The notes: generated by a model from the sequence alone, not told the origin. 64,000 nucleotides of DNA from Thermococcus sp. (GCF_027063845.1 NZ_JAMOQU010000089.1:7604-71603), one strand, 5' to 3'; counted from the stretch's first letter, positions 46,221 through 56,052 are shown. Program-made: numbers and translations.

Positions 46221-47780
46221 GTGGAACAGCAGAGGGACCAGTGGGCGACCAAGATTGGTTTAATTTTGGCTATGGCTGGAAACGCGGTCGGCCTCGGTAA
46301 CTTCGTGAGGTTCCCAACTCAGGTCGCCCAGAACGGTGGCGGCGCCTTCATGGTGCCGTATTTCATAGCGCTGTTCTTCCTCGGTATTCCAGTGATGTGG
46401 ATTGAGTGGGTCGCCGGTCGCTACGGTGGCAAGTATGGTCACGGTACCCTCGGTCCAACGTACTACCTCATGGCCAGGGAGAGCGTTAAGCCCAGAAGCG
46501 CCCTCTGGTGGGGTGTCATAAGCGGTATGCTCGCGTTCTCGCTGACCATACTCCTCAACAGCTACTACTTGCACCTCATAGGCTGGTCTGCGGCATACTC
46601 CTGGTTCAGCATAACCGGAGCCTACTTCGGCAAGAATACCGGTGAGTTCTTTGTTCAATATCTCAACAACCACGCAGAAGTTATGTTCTTCTGGGGTATC
46701 ACCGTTATACTGCTGGCCATAGCGGTTGGTCAGGGTGTCAGCAAGGGTATCGAGAGATGGGTTAAGGTCATGATGCCGTTGCTCTACATATTCGCCATCA
46801 TAATGGTCGGCTACATCTTTGTACTCGGTTCGCCAGTTGACCCGAACTGGAGCACCATAGATGGTTTCAGGTTCATCTGGACTCCAAACTGGGGCTACCT
46901 AAAGGAGCACCTGGCGGCAGTTATGCTGGCAGCAACGGGACAGATATTCTTCACCCTCTCGCTCGGTATGGGTATCATCCAGAACTACGCCAGCTACCTC
47001 GGTCCCAAGGATGACGTTGCACTCTCAGGCATCGCAACGGTCTCACTCAACGAGTTCGCCGAGGTTGTCCTCGGTGGTTCAATAGCCATACCGCTTGCCA
47101 CAGCCTACGCTCCCAAGATTGTTCCACCAGAGGTTCTCGCCAAAGGCAAGACCGAGGTGTTATCCTGGATTGGACACAAGTTCGGACTCGGCTTCTCGTA
47201 CACCAGCCTGCCCAACGCTTTCGTCAGCATGGGTGAGGCGGGAAGGCTCTTCGGTGCACTCTGGTTCCTCCTGCTCTGGTTTGCAGGATTCACCTCGGCA
47301 ATAGCGATGTACAACTACGTCGTTGCACTGCTCGAGGAGGACCTCGGCATAAAGAGGAACGTTGGAACCTGGGTCGTTCTGGTGATATACTTCCTCGCGG
47401 GACTGCCGGTCATCTACATTGACGGCTACATGGACCAGGTTGACGCGTGGGTGAGCTTCCAGCTGACCCTGCTGGCGCTCTTCGACATCATTGTCGCGGT
47501 GTACCTCTTCAAGCCCGACAACTTCTGGAAGGAGCTCCACGAGGGAGCCTGGATGAAGGTCCCGGAGTGGTACAAGCCGATAATCCTCTACATTGCGCCG
47601 CTACTCCTCATGATACCGCTCCTCGGAATGGTCAAGAGTCTCATAGGCACGACCCTCGAGTGGCCTGCCAGGATTGCAATATTGCTAATGTGGGTCATTG
47701 GCTTCATCGAGAGCTACTACTCAATCAAGAAGAAGTACGGCGAGGAGCTCGAGAAGAACGAGGTTATCATAAAGGTCTGA
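46221..47780 (+). CDS. sodium-dependent transporter, NSS (SNF) family
   Basis: WATKIGLILAMAGNAVGLGNFVRFPTQVAQNGGGAFMVPY is the NSS signature. 12 TM. GTG start follows GGAGGTGG. Confidence 0.9.
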   Translation: MEQQRDQWATKIGLILAMAGNAVGLGNFVRFPTQVAQNGGGAFMVPYFIALFFLGIPVMWIEWVAGRYGGKYGHGTLGPTYYLMARESVKPRSALWWGVISGMLAFSLTILLNSYYLHLIGWSAAYSWFSITGAYFGKNTGEFFVQYLNNHAEVMFFWGITVILLAIAVGQGVSKGIERWVKVMMPLLYIFAIIMVGYIFVLGSPVDPNWSTIDGFRFIWTPNWGYLKEHLAAVMLAATGQIFFTLSLGMGIIQNYASYLGPKDDVALSGIATVSLNEFAEVVLGGSIAIPLATAYAPKIVPPEVLAKGKTEVLSWIGHKFGLGFSYTSLPNAFVSMGEAGRLFGALWFLLLWFAGFTSAIAMYNYVVALLEEDLGIKRNVGTWVVLVIYFLAGLPVIYIDGYMDQVDAWVSFQLTLLALFDIIVAVYLFKPDNFWKELHEGAWMKVPEWYKPIILYIAPLLLMIPLLGMVKSLIGTTLEWPARIAILLMWVIGFIESYYSIKKKYGEELEKNEVIIKV

Positions 47781-47790
47781 GGTGGTGACG

Positions 47791-47898
47791 ATGGAGAGCT
47801 GGGTAATCTACATGCTCTTTGCCTGGTTTGTTATTTTTGCGATGATGTACTGGAGCATTGGAAAGCTCCTCAAGGCCGAGAAGGCACAAGGGTCTTAA
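47791..47898 (+). CDS. small single-TM protein, candidate NSS transporter small subunit (MetS-like)
   Basis: Not in the ORF track (35 codons). GGTGGTGA lies 2 nt before the ATG, which is 10 nt after the NSS stop. MESWVIYMLFAWFVIFAMMYWSIGKLLKAEKAQGS has one TM plus a basic tail. Confidence 0.55.
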   Translation: MESWVIYMLFAWFVIFAMMYWSIGKLLKAEKAQGS

Positions 47899-47934
47899 GG
47901 CCCTCCTTTCTTTTCAACTTTTGGAGGTGTAAAC

Positions 47935-48669
47935 GTGAAGAGCAAGGATATTCTGCTCGACACAGCAGAGGTTCTTGAATCAACCCTCGATAGAATAGAC
48001 CGTCTCACGGTTCTCACGGAGAAGGAGAAAGAACGCGTGAAGGCTAAGATTAAGGAGGCCGCCGAGAACTTCAGGAGGCTCGCTGAGGAGGTCAAGAAGG
48101 ACAACGAGGAGCTCGCAGAGTTCTTCTACAAGAAGGCCAAGGAGTTCAAGCTCATGAGCACCGACAAGGCCATAGAGAGGGAGGGTAAGAAAAACTACCT
48201 CAGGCTCGCCGATAGGATACTCCTCTATTCCCGCTCCGCTGAGTACGACTTCAAGCCCGAGAAGCTGGCCGAGCTAAAGAAGGTTTATCGGAGGTATCTG
48301 TTTGGGATGACGGCATTCTTTGTGCTCACCGGTTTCTATCTCAACCAGTTTTTGGCCATAACTGCCCTAATCCTTGCGATTCCGATAATCCTCTCGATGC
48401 TCTCTCTCCAGAGAAGGGGCTACCTCGGACTTCTGCTGGCGTATTCTGCGATACCAATACCAATCATCGTTGGGGTAATGGCCCTGAGGTCAAGCATATA
48501 CAATCTAATTACGCCAGAAAAAATTACGGAAATAATGGCCAAAACCCACTGGAGCGCCAGCACAGTCAAGGCATACCTGGTGTTCCTCATGCTCCTCTCT
48601 GCGGTTGAGCTGTACCTGATAGGGAGTGCAATCGTTGGTCTCTACAAGCACCGCCACGCGTTCCTCTGA
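47935..48669 (+). CDS. hypothetical membrane protein with N-terminal coiled-coil region
   Basis: A charged helical N-terminus of about 110 aa followed by about 4 TM. GTG start follows GGAGGTG. Confidence 0.5.
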   Translation: MKSKDILLDTAEVLESTLDRIDRLTVLTEKEKERVKAKIKEAAENFRRLAEEVKKDNEELAEFFYKKAKEFKLMSTDKAIEREGKKNYLRLADRILLYSRSAEYDFKPEKLAELKKVYRRYLFGMTAFFVLTGFYLNQFLAITALILAIPIILSMLSLQRRGYLGLLLAYSAIPIPIIVGVMALRSSIYNLITPEKITEIMAKTHWSASTVKAYLVFLMLLSAVELYLIGSAIVGLYKHRHAFL

Positions 48670-48674
48670 TGAAG

Positions 48675-48992
48675 TCAGTAAAGGGCCTCGTTCCCCTTTT
48701 CCCCCGTTCTTATTCTTATGGCCTCTTCGACGGGGATGATGAATATCTTTCCGTCGCCGGGGGTTCCGCTCCTTGCGGTCATAACGATTGTGTTGATAAC
48801 TTTTTCAAGGTCCTCGTCCTTGACGACGAGCTCAATCTTCATCTTTGGTAGGAGGTCGTAGGGTGGTACACCTCCCTGAACACCCCTCCATTGAACAGGA
48901 TACGCCGTCAAGGGCACGATGCCAATCTCCTTGAGGGCGCTTTTTACCCTCTCAAAATCGTTTCCCCTGATAATGGCCTCAACCTTCTTCAT
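48675..48992 (-). CDS. P-II (GlnB-like) family signal transduction protein
   Basis: 105 aa: MKKVEAIIRGNDFERVKSALKEIG ... KIELVVKDEDLEKVINTI...TGTPGDGKIFIIPVEEAIRIRTGEKG, which is the P-II fold template. Confidence 0.8.
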   Translation of the reverse strand: MKKVEAIIRGNDFERVKSALKEIGIVPLTAYPVQWRGVQGGVPPYDLLPKMKIELVVKDEDLEKVINTIVMTARSGTPGDGKIFIIPVEEAIRIRTGEKGNEALY

Positions 48993-49055
48993 GGACGACC
49001 ACAGATAATAATTCTCAGAACTTCAAAAAAGGCTTTCGAAAACAAAAATGAAAGC

Positions 49056-51161
49056 TCAGGAAATCTGGGCCAAAAACTTTCTCAGCCTCTTTATCGAAAT
49101 CCGGGTTTTTCTCGCGAGCTCTTCAAGGTCAGTGTTAAGTAAGTCCTCGGGTGTTTTTATCCCCGCTTTGTTCAGCTTCGCGAGGGTTTTAGGGCCGATG
49201 CCCTTGATGTCAATGAGGTTCTTTACTTTTGCGCGTTTTTTCTCGACCCTCGGCTTCTCGGGCGTTCCAATCCTCTCGACCCTCTTGGCGAGCCTCGTGT
49301 CAACTCTCTTCGTGAGGGGAACCTTTGGCTTCCTCCTTTTCACGAAGGCGAGGGAAGTTGCGTAGAACCTCTCCGCCAGTTCTTTCCTCTGATCTTCGGC
49401 TTCTGAAGTTGAAGTTTTAACAGCCCCTTCTCGGGAGTTATCCCCAGCCTTCACGGTCTGCCCTTCGGCGGAAACGTTCTCTTTTAGAGCTTTGAAGGTA
49501 GCGTCGCTCCCCTCGGGCGGGACCTCGGGCGGTTCGACGAACTCCTCAAGCTCGGGCGGATTGTCGCTGATGTAGTAGGAAACTATAACTGGCTTGAAGG
49601 GGTTGTCGCGTTCCTCGAGCCCCTCGAGGAGTGAAACGTCCATCTCACCGGTCCTGAAATACTTGACTACCTCGTTGGCGAGCCTGTGGAAGTCCCTGCT
49701 GTGGAGCAAAACGCGCTTCTCGGCGTAGGCCTTTGCCTGGCCAGTTGTTATGAGGAACTGCCAGTCGCTCGCCTCGAGGATTAAGAGTTCTCTCGCGAGC
49801 TGTTCTATCGCCCTGTCGCCAAGCTTGTCCTTCCCGTAAAAGCGGCTCGCCAGCGCGACCATACGCTCTTCCGCGCGGTAGATTTCCTCCCACGTCCATT
49901 CGGTTTGCTCGTTCCACCAGGTCGAGTGGTCCGCGTTGGCACCCCACGAGCCTTCGGGCAGTTCAACCTCAAGCCTCTCGCCGGAGTAGTTAGAGAGGAA
50001 GGCCGAGAGCGTCGTCGTCTTGATTCCGCGCTCGGCTAAAAGCTCAAGAACCCTGCCAAGCCACTTAACTCCCTCGTACCACCAGTGGCCGAAGAGTTCT
50101 GTGTCATAGGGAGAGACTATTATTCCTTTCTCGCCCGTTTCCTCCTCGAACCTCGAGAGCAGGCCCTCGACGAGGGAAACGAAGTGTCTCGCATGCTCTT
50201 CAACCCGTTCAAGGGCCTTCTCGGGGTCGTAGAAGCCCTTCTCGCCCAAATCAACGTCCTTGCCAGTTATACGCCAGTACTGGTTACCGCTCTTCGGGGC
50301 CTTCCTGTGGAACTCCCTGTACCAGAAGTCGCCGGGGTAGCCGTAGTGGGCGCTCCAGACCTGATGCCCCGTCTCGCGGTTCCTCGTGAAGACCGCAACG
50401 TTTGACCCCTTGACCCAGTAGGGTCGGAGCATTGCGAGCGAACCGGTGGGAACCGGGGCGCCGTAGGAGTCGCTGACCGGTCCGTTATCAATGAGGTTGC
50501 TCTCGACGAAGAAGTACTCGATTCCAAACTCCCCGAGGAACTTCTCTATCCCCTTCCTCTTAACAGTCCTCCCGCCCGGGAGCTTCCACTCGCCACTCGG
50601 CCGGTAGGCGCACTCGGAAACCCACATCCCCCGCGGTCTCCTTCCGAAGTGCTTCTCGTAGGTCGCTACTCCGTTGGCTATCTGGGAGCGTATCGACTCC
50701 TCCCGCCAGAGGAGGGGAAGGTAGGCGTGTGTCGCGGGGGAGGTTATGATTTCAAGGTAGCCATCTCCCTGAAGTTCCCGGAATTTGCCGATTACGTCGC
50801 CGGTTATGGCCTTCCAGTAGGAGTAAACGCGCTCGAAGTGGCGGAGGACTTCCCTAACGGGCTTCTCAGGGTATTTACTGGATTTTAGGTCCTCCCTTGT
50901 TCTTTCGATTTTCCTCAAGAGGTACTTCTCAAACTCGGCCTTGATGTAGTCGTCCGCCAGCTGTTCCATCAGGACGGGCGTTATGTTCACCACGAGCTGG
51001 AAGCGAACGCCAGAGTCCCTCAAGCGCTCGAACTCCATTAGCAGGGGCAGGTAGCTCTCGCTCATTGCCTCGTAGAGCCACTCCTCTCCGAAGGGCCACT
51101 TGCCGTGTTTCCTAACGTAGGGAATGTGAGTGTGGAGGACGAACGTGAAGTAGCCTTTCAT
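49056..51161 (-). CDS. GH57 1,4-alpha-glucan branching enzyme with C-terminal helix-hairpin-helix repeats
   Basis: GH57 N-terminus FVLHTHIPYVRKHGKWPFGEEWL. C-terminal LIDIKGIGPKTLAKLNKAGIKTPEDLL is an HhH. Confidence 0.88.
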   Translation of the reverse strand: MKGYFTFVLHTHIPYVRKHGKWPFGEEWLYEAMSESYLPLLMEFERLRDSGVRFQLVVNITPVLMEQLADDYIKAEFEKYLLRKIERTREDLKSSKYPEKPVREVLRHFERVYSYWKAITGDVIGKFRELQGDGYLEIITSPATHAYLPLLWREESIRSQIANGVATYEKHFGRRPRGMWVSECAYRPSGEWKLPGGRTVKRKGIEKFLGEFGIEYFFVESNLIDNGPVSDSYGAPVPTGSLAMLRPYWVKGSNVAVFTRNRETGHQVWSAHYGYPGDFWYREFHRKAPKSGNQYWRITGKDVDLGEKGFYDPEKALERVEEHARHFVSLVEGLLSRFEEETGEKGIIVSPYDTELFGHWWYEGVKWLGRVLELLAERGIKTTTLSAFLSNYSGERLEVELPEGSWGANADHSTWWNEQTEWTWEEIYRAEERMVALASRFYGKDKLGDRAIEQLARELLILEASDWQFLITTGQAKAYAEKRVLLHSRDFHRLANEVVKYFRTGEMDVSLLEGLEERDNPFKPVIVSYYISDNPPELEEFVEPPEVPPEGSDATFKALKENVSAEGQTVKAGDNSREGAVKTSTSEAEDQRKELAERFYATSLAFVKRRKPKVPLTKRVDTRLAKRVERIGTPEKPRVEKKRAKVKNLIDIKGIGPKTLAKLNKAGIKTPEDLLNTDLEELARKTRISIKRLRKFLAQIS

Positions 51162-51165
51162 TTAG

Positions 51166-51182
51166 TATCACCGTTGGTGTTT
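51166..51182 (-). promoter_or_regulatory. TGM-like operator in the branching-enzyme promoter
   Basis: Plus-strand TATCAC-cgttg-GTGTTT matches 10/12 of TATCAC-N5-GTGATA. It lies 5 nt upstream of ATG 51161 and downstream of the candidate TATA AGGTTAAATACG. Confidence 0.35.
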
Positions 51183-51287
51183 AAGCTTCATCGTATTTAA
51201 CCTTATTCGGAACAGACCTGTCACGATGGTCAGTAATGTGCATGGAAAACGTTTTATCTTCAGATTCCAACTGAGTATGGTGATAAC

Positions 51288-51548
51288 ATGAGGGCGATGG
51301 AGCTAGCAGGAACGGAGAGCGGGTTCATAGCCGGTGCCCTGGCGGTCGTTCTTCTGGGTTCAATACTGAGCGTGCTCTCATCCCCCATGGACGCCTTCAC
51401 AAAGCTCGCGTACGTGCTCTACGATATGGGACTCGTCGGCCTATCCTTCGGACTGCTGAGCGAAGCCATTGAGGGGAACAAAAGCGACACAACCAGGGCG
51501 GCTCTCGCGATTGCGGGGGCGCTCGTTCTGCTCGCGCTGAGGCTTTAA
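51288..51548 (+). CDS. small hypothetical membrane protein (3 TM)
   Basis: 86-aa hydrophobic ORF. GGTGAT lies before the ATG. Confidence 0.5.
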   Translation: MRAMELAGTESGFIAGALAVVLLGSILSVLSSPMDAFTKLAYVLYDMGLVGLSFGLLSEAIEGNKSDTTRAALAIAGALVLLALRL

Positions 51549-51587
51549 CCTTTTAACCCCCGCCCTCTACTCTTTTCGGGTGAGAGA

Positions 51588-53540
51588 ATGAAGGAAGAGA
51601 TGAGTTCAGTTGACATACGTTACGTCGTTAGGGAGCTCCAATGGCTCGTTGGCTCTCGCGTTGACAAGGTTTACCACGACGGCGACGAGATAAGGATTAA
51701 ACTCCGCACGAAAGAGGGAAGGGCCGATTTAATCCTCCAGGCGGGGAAGAGGTTCCACCTCACGAGCTACGTCAAGGAGGCGCCGAAACAGCCTTCGAGC
51801 TTCACGATGCTCCTGAGAAAGCACCTGAGCGGAGGCTTTATAGACGCGATAGAGCAGCACCAGTTCGACAGGATTGTCAAGATTCGTGTCGGCGACTACA
51901 CGCTCATTGGCGAGCTCTTCAGGAGGGGCAACATCGTCCTCGTTGATTCCGAGAACAGGATTGTGGCCGCTTTGAGATACGAGGAGTACAAGGACAGGGC
52001 GATAAAGCCCAAGGCAGAGTACAAGTTCCCGCCAGCGAGGGAAAACCCGCTTGAGGTCAGCTTCGAGCGCTTTCTTGAGCTGATGAGGGAGGATGAAAAC
52101 CTTGAGCTGGTTCGTGCCCTGGCGAGGAAGCTCAACATGGGCGGGATGTACGCCGAGGAAATCTCCATAAGAGCGGGCTTTGAGAAAACCACCCCAGTGA
52201 GGGAGCTGAGCGACGAGGATTTGAGGAAGGTCTACGAGGCGATGATGGGAACCTTCAACGACGAGCCGAGGCCGAACATCGTCTACAAGGACGGAAACAT
52301 GCACGACGTCGTTCCGATAGAGCTGAAAATCTACGAGGGCCTTGAGAAGCGCTATTTTAAAACGTTCAGCGAGGCCCTCGACGAATACTTCGGTAAGCTC
52401 ACAATCGAGAAAGCCAAAATCGAAAAAACGAGAAAGCTCGAAAGCAAAAAGAAGCAACTGCTGGCGACGCTTAGGAAGCAGGAGGAGATGCTCAAGGGCT
52501 TCGAGAAGGCAATGAACGAGAACCAGGAGATAGGGGATTTAATATACGCGAACTACACGATGGTTGAACGGCTTTTGGACGAGTTCAGGAAGGCCACAGA
52601 AAAGCTCGGCTGGGAGGAGTTCAAAAGGAGAATAGAGGTGGGCAAAAAAGAGGGCAACAAAGTTGCGCTCATGGTGAAGGCCATCGACCCGAAGGAGAAG
52701 GCCGTAACTATTGAGCTCGAGGGGAGGAAGGTCAAGCTCTACCTCAACAAAAGCATAGGTGAGAACGCCGAGCTCTACTACGAGAAGGCCAAGAAGTTCA
52801 GGCACAAGTACGAGGGTGCCCTGAAGGCCTACGAAGACACGAAGAGGAAGCTCGACGAGGTCGAGAAGCTCATCGAGGAGGAAATGAAGAAGGAACTGAA
52901 CGTGAAGCGCATAGAGAGGAGAAAGAAGAAGTGGTTCGAGAAGTTCCGCTGGTTCGTTTCGAGCGAGGGGTTTCTTGTCTTAGCGGGAAAGGACGCGAGC
53001 ACCAACGAGACGCTCATCAAAAAGCACATGACCGAGAACGACCTCTACTGCCACGCCGATGTTTACGGCGCTCCCCACGTCGTCATCAAGGACGGGCAGA
53101 AGGCAGGGGAGAAGACGATATTCGAGGCCTGCCAGTTCGCAGTTTCGATGAGCAGAGCGTGGAGTCAGGGGCTGTATGGAGCGGACGCCTACTGGGCGTA
53201 TCCAAATCAGGTGACTAAGCAAGCTCCCAGCGGTGAGTACCTTGGGAAGGGCGCCTTCATGGTCTACGGAAAGAGGAACTGGCTTCGCGGGCTTCCGCTC
53301 AAGCTGGCGGTGGGAGTTATAAACTACGAGGGGGAGGATTACGTCGTCTGCGCGCCCGTTGACGCTATTAAGGCCCACACGAGCAAGTACATCGTCATAA
53401 GGCCCGGCAGGCTCAAGAAGGGCGAGCTCGTCAAGAAGATACGCGGAATCCTTGAGAAGTGGGGCTACAAGGTTCGCGAGGAGGATTTGAACGCGATTCT
53501 TCCGCCCGGAGGGGGAGAAATAGCGGAGGTGGTAGGTTAA
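51588..53540 (+). CDS. NFACT-family protein (FbpA/Rqc2/RqcH homolog, ribosome quality control)
   Basis: NFACT-N at the N-terminus, a long coiled coil, and an NFACT-R-like C-terminus ([17 protein letters not shown]). Confidence 0.85.
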   Translation: MKEEMSSVDIRYVVRELQWLVGSRVDKVYHDGDEIRIKLRTKEGRADLILQAGKRFHLTSYVKEAPKQPSSFTMLLRKHLSGGFIDAIEQHQFDRIVKIRVGDYTLIGELFRRGNIVLVDSENRIVAALRYEEYKDRAIKPKAEYKFPPARENPLEVSFERFLELMREDENLELVRALARKLNMGGMYAEEISIRAGFEKTTPVRELSDEDLRKVYEAMMGTFNDEPRPNIVYKDGNMHDVVPIELKIYEGLEKRYFKTFSEALDEYFGKLTIEKAKIEKTRKLESKKKQLLATLRKQEEMLKGFEKAMNENQEIGDLIYANYTMVERLLDEFRKATEKLGWEEFKRRIEVGKKEGNKVALMVKAIDPKEKAVTIELEGRKVKLYLNKSIGENAELYYEKAKKFRHKYEGALKAYEDTKRKLDEVEKLIEEEMKKELNVKRIERRKKKWFEKFRWFVSSEGFLVLAGKDASTNETLIKKHMTENDLYCHADVYGAPHVVIKDGQKAGEKTIFEACQFAVSMSRAWSQGLYGADAYWAYPNQVTKQAPSGEYLGKGAFMVYGKRNWLRGLPLKLAVGVINYEGEDYVVCAPVDAIKAHTSKYIVIRPGRLKKGELVKKIRGILEKWGYKVREEDLNAILPPGGGEIAEVVG

Positions 53541-53953
53541 ACCAGCTCCTTCCCCGTCCCCGTCATGACGAGCTTGCCGTGCTTCACTCCCTTGAGGCTC
53601 AAAAGCCTGTCCGCTATTTCCTTTATCCTGCTCGCCTTCCCCTTGACGATGACAACCTCAAGGCAGTTGTGCTCGTCCATGTGGACGTGAATGCTGGAAA
53701 CTATTTCATCAAGGTAGTCGTGCTGTAAATCGAGGAGCTCTTTAACGACGTCCGCTTCATCGTGGTTGTAGAGCATCGTTATCGTTCCGGCAACTTCCGC
53801 GTCTCCAGTTTCCCACTCGTGCCTGATTATGAAGTCCCTCATCAAATCCCTTATCGCCTCGCTCCTGTTCACGTAGCCCTTCTCCTCGATTATCCTGTCG
53901 AACTTTTCAAGCAGTTCCTCAGGTACGGAGACGCCGAAACGAACCACCCTCAT
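53537..53953 (-). CDS. nikR: nickel-responsive transcriptional regulator NikR
   Basis: Ribbon-helix-helix [19 protein letters not shown] and the metal site [15 protein letters not shown] 53953 follows GGTGGTG. Confidence 0.9.
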   Translation of the reverse strand: MRVVRFGVSVPEELLEKFDRIIEEKGYVNRSEAIRDLMRDFIIRHEWETGDAEVAGTITMLYNHDEADVVKELLDLQHDYLDEIVSSIHVHMDEHNCLEVVIVKGKASRIKEIADRLLSLKGVKHGKLVMTGTGKELV

Positions 53954-53979
53954 AACACCACCAACCCAAGTGATGGCAC

Positions 53980-53999
53980 GGAAGTTATAAACCTGTTCC
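53980..53999. promoter_or_regulatory. shared palindromic TATA region between nikR and the divergent operon
   Basis: GGAAgTTATAAacctgTTCC. The TTATAA core is about 37 nt from the nikR ATG and about 45 nt from ATG 54035. Confidence 0.4.
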
Positions 54000-54034
54000 A
54001 AAAGTCTTTTATCCGAACCGGAGTAGGTTCGAGC

Positions 54035-54478
54035 ATGAAGGATGAGCTTTACTCAATAGCGCGGAGGGAGTTCGCGGAGGATTTAATCTTCGAGATTGAG
54101 GGAAAGCCCGTTACGCTCTCGATAAAGGGCCTGCTCATAGCGAGGGCAGAGAGGGAGGGCTACAACTTCTCGTTCTTTGAGGTGACCGAAACGGAAACCG
54201 TGCTTGCGGTCCAGATGAAGGGGTTTATCGTCTACATAGCCATCGAGAGCGACGAGGAGCTCGACGACGAGGAGTACGCAGAGGTGGGAAAGGCCATGCT
54301 CGAACATCTGACCCCGAAGATTGCCCTGCTCGTGACGAAGGCGGAGAAGGACTACTCGGGAAAAGCTGACATACTCCTCGACGACGGCATGTCTCCAGAC
54401 ATGAAGGAGTTCTTCTACTCGCTCCTCGTGAAACACAGACAGGGGAAGAGCCCCTACGAGCAGACCGAGGTCGCGTGA
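54035..54478 (+). CDS. hypothetical acidic protein (147 aa), first gene divergent from nikR
   Basis: ATG 54035 chosen because the track start at 53762 would overlap nikR. No family recognised. Confidence 0.5.
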   Translation: MKDELYSIARREFAEDLIFEIEGKPVTLSIKGLLIARAEREGYNFSFFEVTETETVLAVQMKGFIVYIAIESDEELDDEEYAEVGKAMLEHLTPKIALLVTKAEKDYSGKADILLDDGMSPDMKEFFYSLLVKHRQGKSPYEQTEVA

Positions 54479-54487
54479 GGTGTTGGG

Positions 54488-55270
54488 ATGAAAGGGGGGT
54501 ACAGGATTTTGGCAATCATCGTCATCGCGCTCATAGCGGTTGGCGTCGTAAACTACCTGTCTAAGAGCGGGGAAAGCGGGCAGGAGGAGGAAAGCGTTAA
54601 ACCCGTGGAAAAACCCACCCTCTGGGGCCTCACCGACCCACCGCTTCTCGAAAACGTGAGCTGGGAAAGGAACGGGAACGTCGAGGTAACGACGCTTCCC
54701 AGGAACCTCACAGGGAACCTGGAAGAGCAACTCAGGACCCTCGGCTACTACCCCGTCTACGCCAACTGGAGCGACTACCGGTGGACAATCTGGAGCGGGA
54801 GAAAGGCATACTACGTTGGAGAAACTAAGGACGGCATTTTAGTGGCGCGGGGAGGCCTGAAGGCGGTCGTTGAGTGGGTGAATGAGACATCAAAGTGCGG
54901 AAAGCCAGGTTGGAAGACCACCGTCATCGACCCGAGCCCCCAGAAGGCCCTCTCCTACACGGCCTCGCTTATAGGCGAGGCACTGGAAAAAGACGGTACA
55001 ATCGTCGTTCCCTCCGAGTGGGGCGGAAAAATCCCCTGGAACCTCGCCAACTACAGTGTAGAGGCGGGGAAAGTGAAAATACTGATTCTAATCTACGCAA
55101 CGGACAAACAGCTTGAGTACGCGAGGTCGCTCCTGGAGGGGAAAACGCTCTGCATCTCCGCCCTTGGCTATCGTGCGCTTGTAGTATTCAACGGCCCCGC
55201 GTGGGATGTCTCAAGGGCCTACGACTCGATTGAGAGCGTTGCCGATACAAGAGGAGCTTCCTGTGGGTGA
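54488..55270 (+). CDS. membrane-anchored exported protein, paralog 1 of a three-member tandem family
   Basis: N-terminal TM, then WGLTDPPLLENVSWE, LRTLGYY, CGKP and ILILIYATDKQLEYARSLL blocks shared with the next two genes. Confidence 0.6.
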   Translation: MKGGYRILAIIVIALIAVGVVNYLSKSGESGQEEESVKPVEKPTLWGLTDPPLLENVSWERNGNVEVTTLPRNLTGNLEEQLRTLGYYPVYANWSDYRWTIWSGRKAYYVGETKDGILVARGGLKAVVEWVNETSKCGKPGWKTTVIDPSPQKALSYTASLIGEALEKDGTIVVPSEWGGKIPWNLANYSVEAGKVKILILIYATDKQLEYARSLLEGKTLCISALGYRALVVFNGPAWDVSRAYDSIESVADTRGASCG

Positions 55271-56052
55271 TGGAAATGAAGAGGCTCGTTGCTGGAATAA
55301 TCCTTGCCCTTTTTATCTTCGCGGGCGTGGTTTACTGGAAGTACTACTACATCGAGCCCGTTCCAAAACCCCAAATATGGGGGTACACGGACCCACCGAG
55401 TTTGGAGAACATGAGCTGGGAGAAGATGGGCCCAGTCGAAATACTTAACGAGACCACTGAGAACGCGGGAGGACTTTACGGAAGTGTGCTCTCCGAACTC
55501 TCAAAGATTGGCTACTCAATGGTATCTGGAAACTGGAGCAGTAAAACGTGCCAGTGGAGCTACTGGACGAGGGGGACAAAGAGCTACTACCTGGCCTACA
55601 ACGGAACGAAGTTTCTGGTTATACGCGGGGAGACGGGGGCGGTTTTGAACGCCAGCGATGAGCACTGGCTCTGCGGGAGACCCCTTGACTCAGGCCCACT
55701 GCCGTCGCCAAGCCCCTGGAAGGTAGCCGAGGCGATGGCAATCTCGCTGGCCAACAAGTTCATGGAGAACAACGTTACTACAATCCCTGCCAACTGGACT
55801 GGACCCATGCCAGACTGGTACCTCGCTAAGTTCTCCTTCAAGGCAAACGTCGGAGAAGGTGTCGAAGTCCTCATTCTCGTGTACTCAAGCGATGACCAGG
55901 TGAAATACGCTGAGTACGTGATGAAAAAGGAAGACAGGAGCATAAAGTTCCTGAGAAACGACGGCGGTGATTACTACACCCTCATAGCCCTTAAGGGAAG
56001 AAAAGCGGACGTTGACAGGGCCATTGAGATAATCCAGAAACCGGAGAGCTAA
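55270..56052 (+). CDS. membrane-anchored exported protein, paralog 2
   Basis: Its start overlaps the paralog 1 stop (TGATG). WGYTDPPSLENMSWEK, LSKIGYS, CGRP and VLILVYSSDDQVKYAEYVM blocks. T-runs lie after the stop. Confidence 0.6.
   Translation: MEMKRLVAGIILALFIFAGVVYWKYYYIEPVPKPQIWGYTDPPSLENMSWEKMGPVEILNETTENAGGLYGSVLSELSKIGYSMVSGNWSSKTCQWSYWTRGTKSYYLAYNGTKFLVIRGETGAVLNASDEHWLCGRPLDSGPLPSPSPWKVAEAMAISLANKFMENNVTTIPANWTGPMPDWYLAKFSFKANVGEGVEVLILVYSSDDQVKYAEYVMKKEDRSIKFLRNDGGDYYTLIALKGRKADVDRAIEIIQKPES

Noticed and set aside
49056-51161. Possible intein or insertion explaining the length of the branching enzyme (701 aa).
   Set aside because: The extra length is a C-terminal linker plus helix-hairpin-helix repeats. 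No intein block motifs were seen here or in any other gene in the window.
53762-54034. Long N-terminal extension of the 54035 gene, overlapping nikR in antisense.
   Set aside because: It would overlap the nikR coding sequence by about 190 nt. ATG 54035 lies just beyond a promoter-like region, and the extension looks like an antisense shadow ORF.
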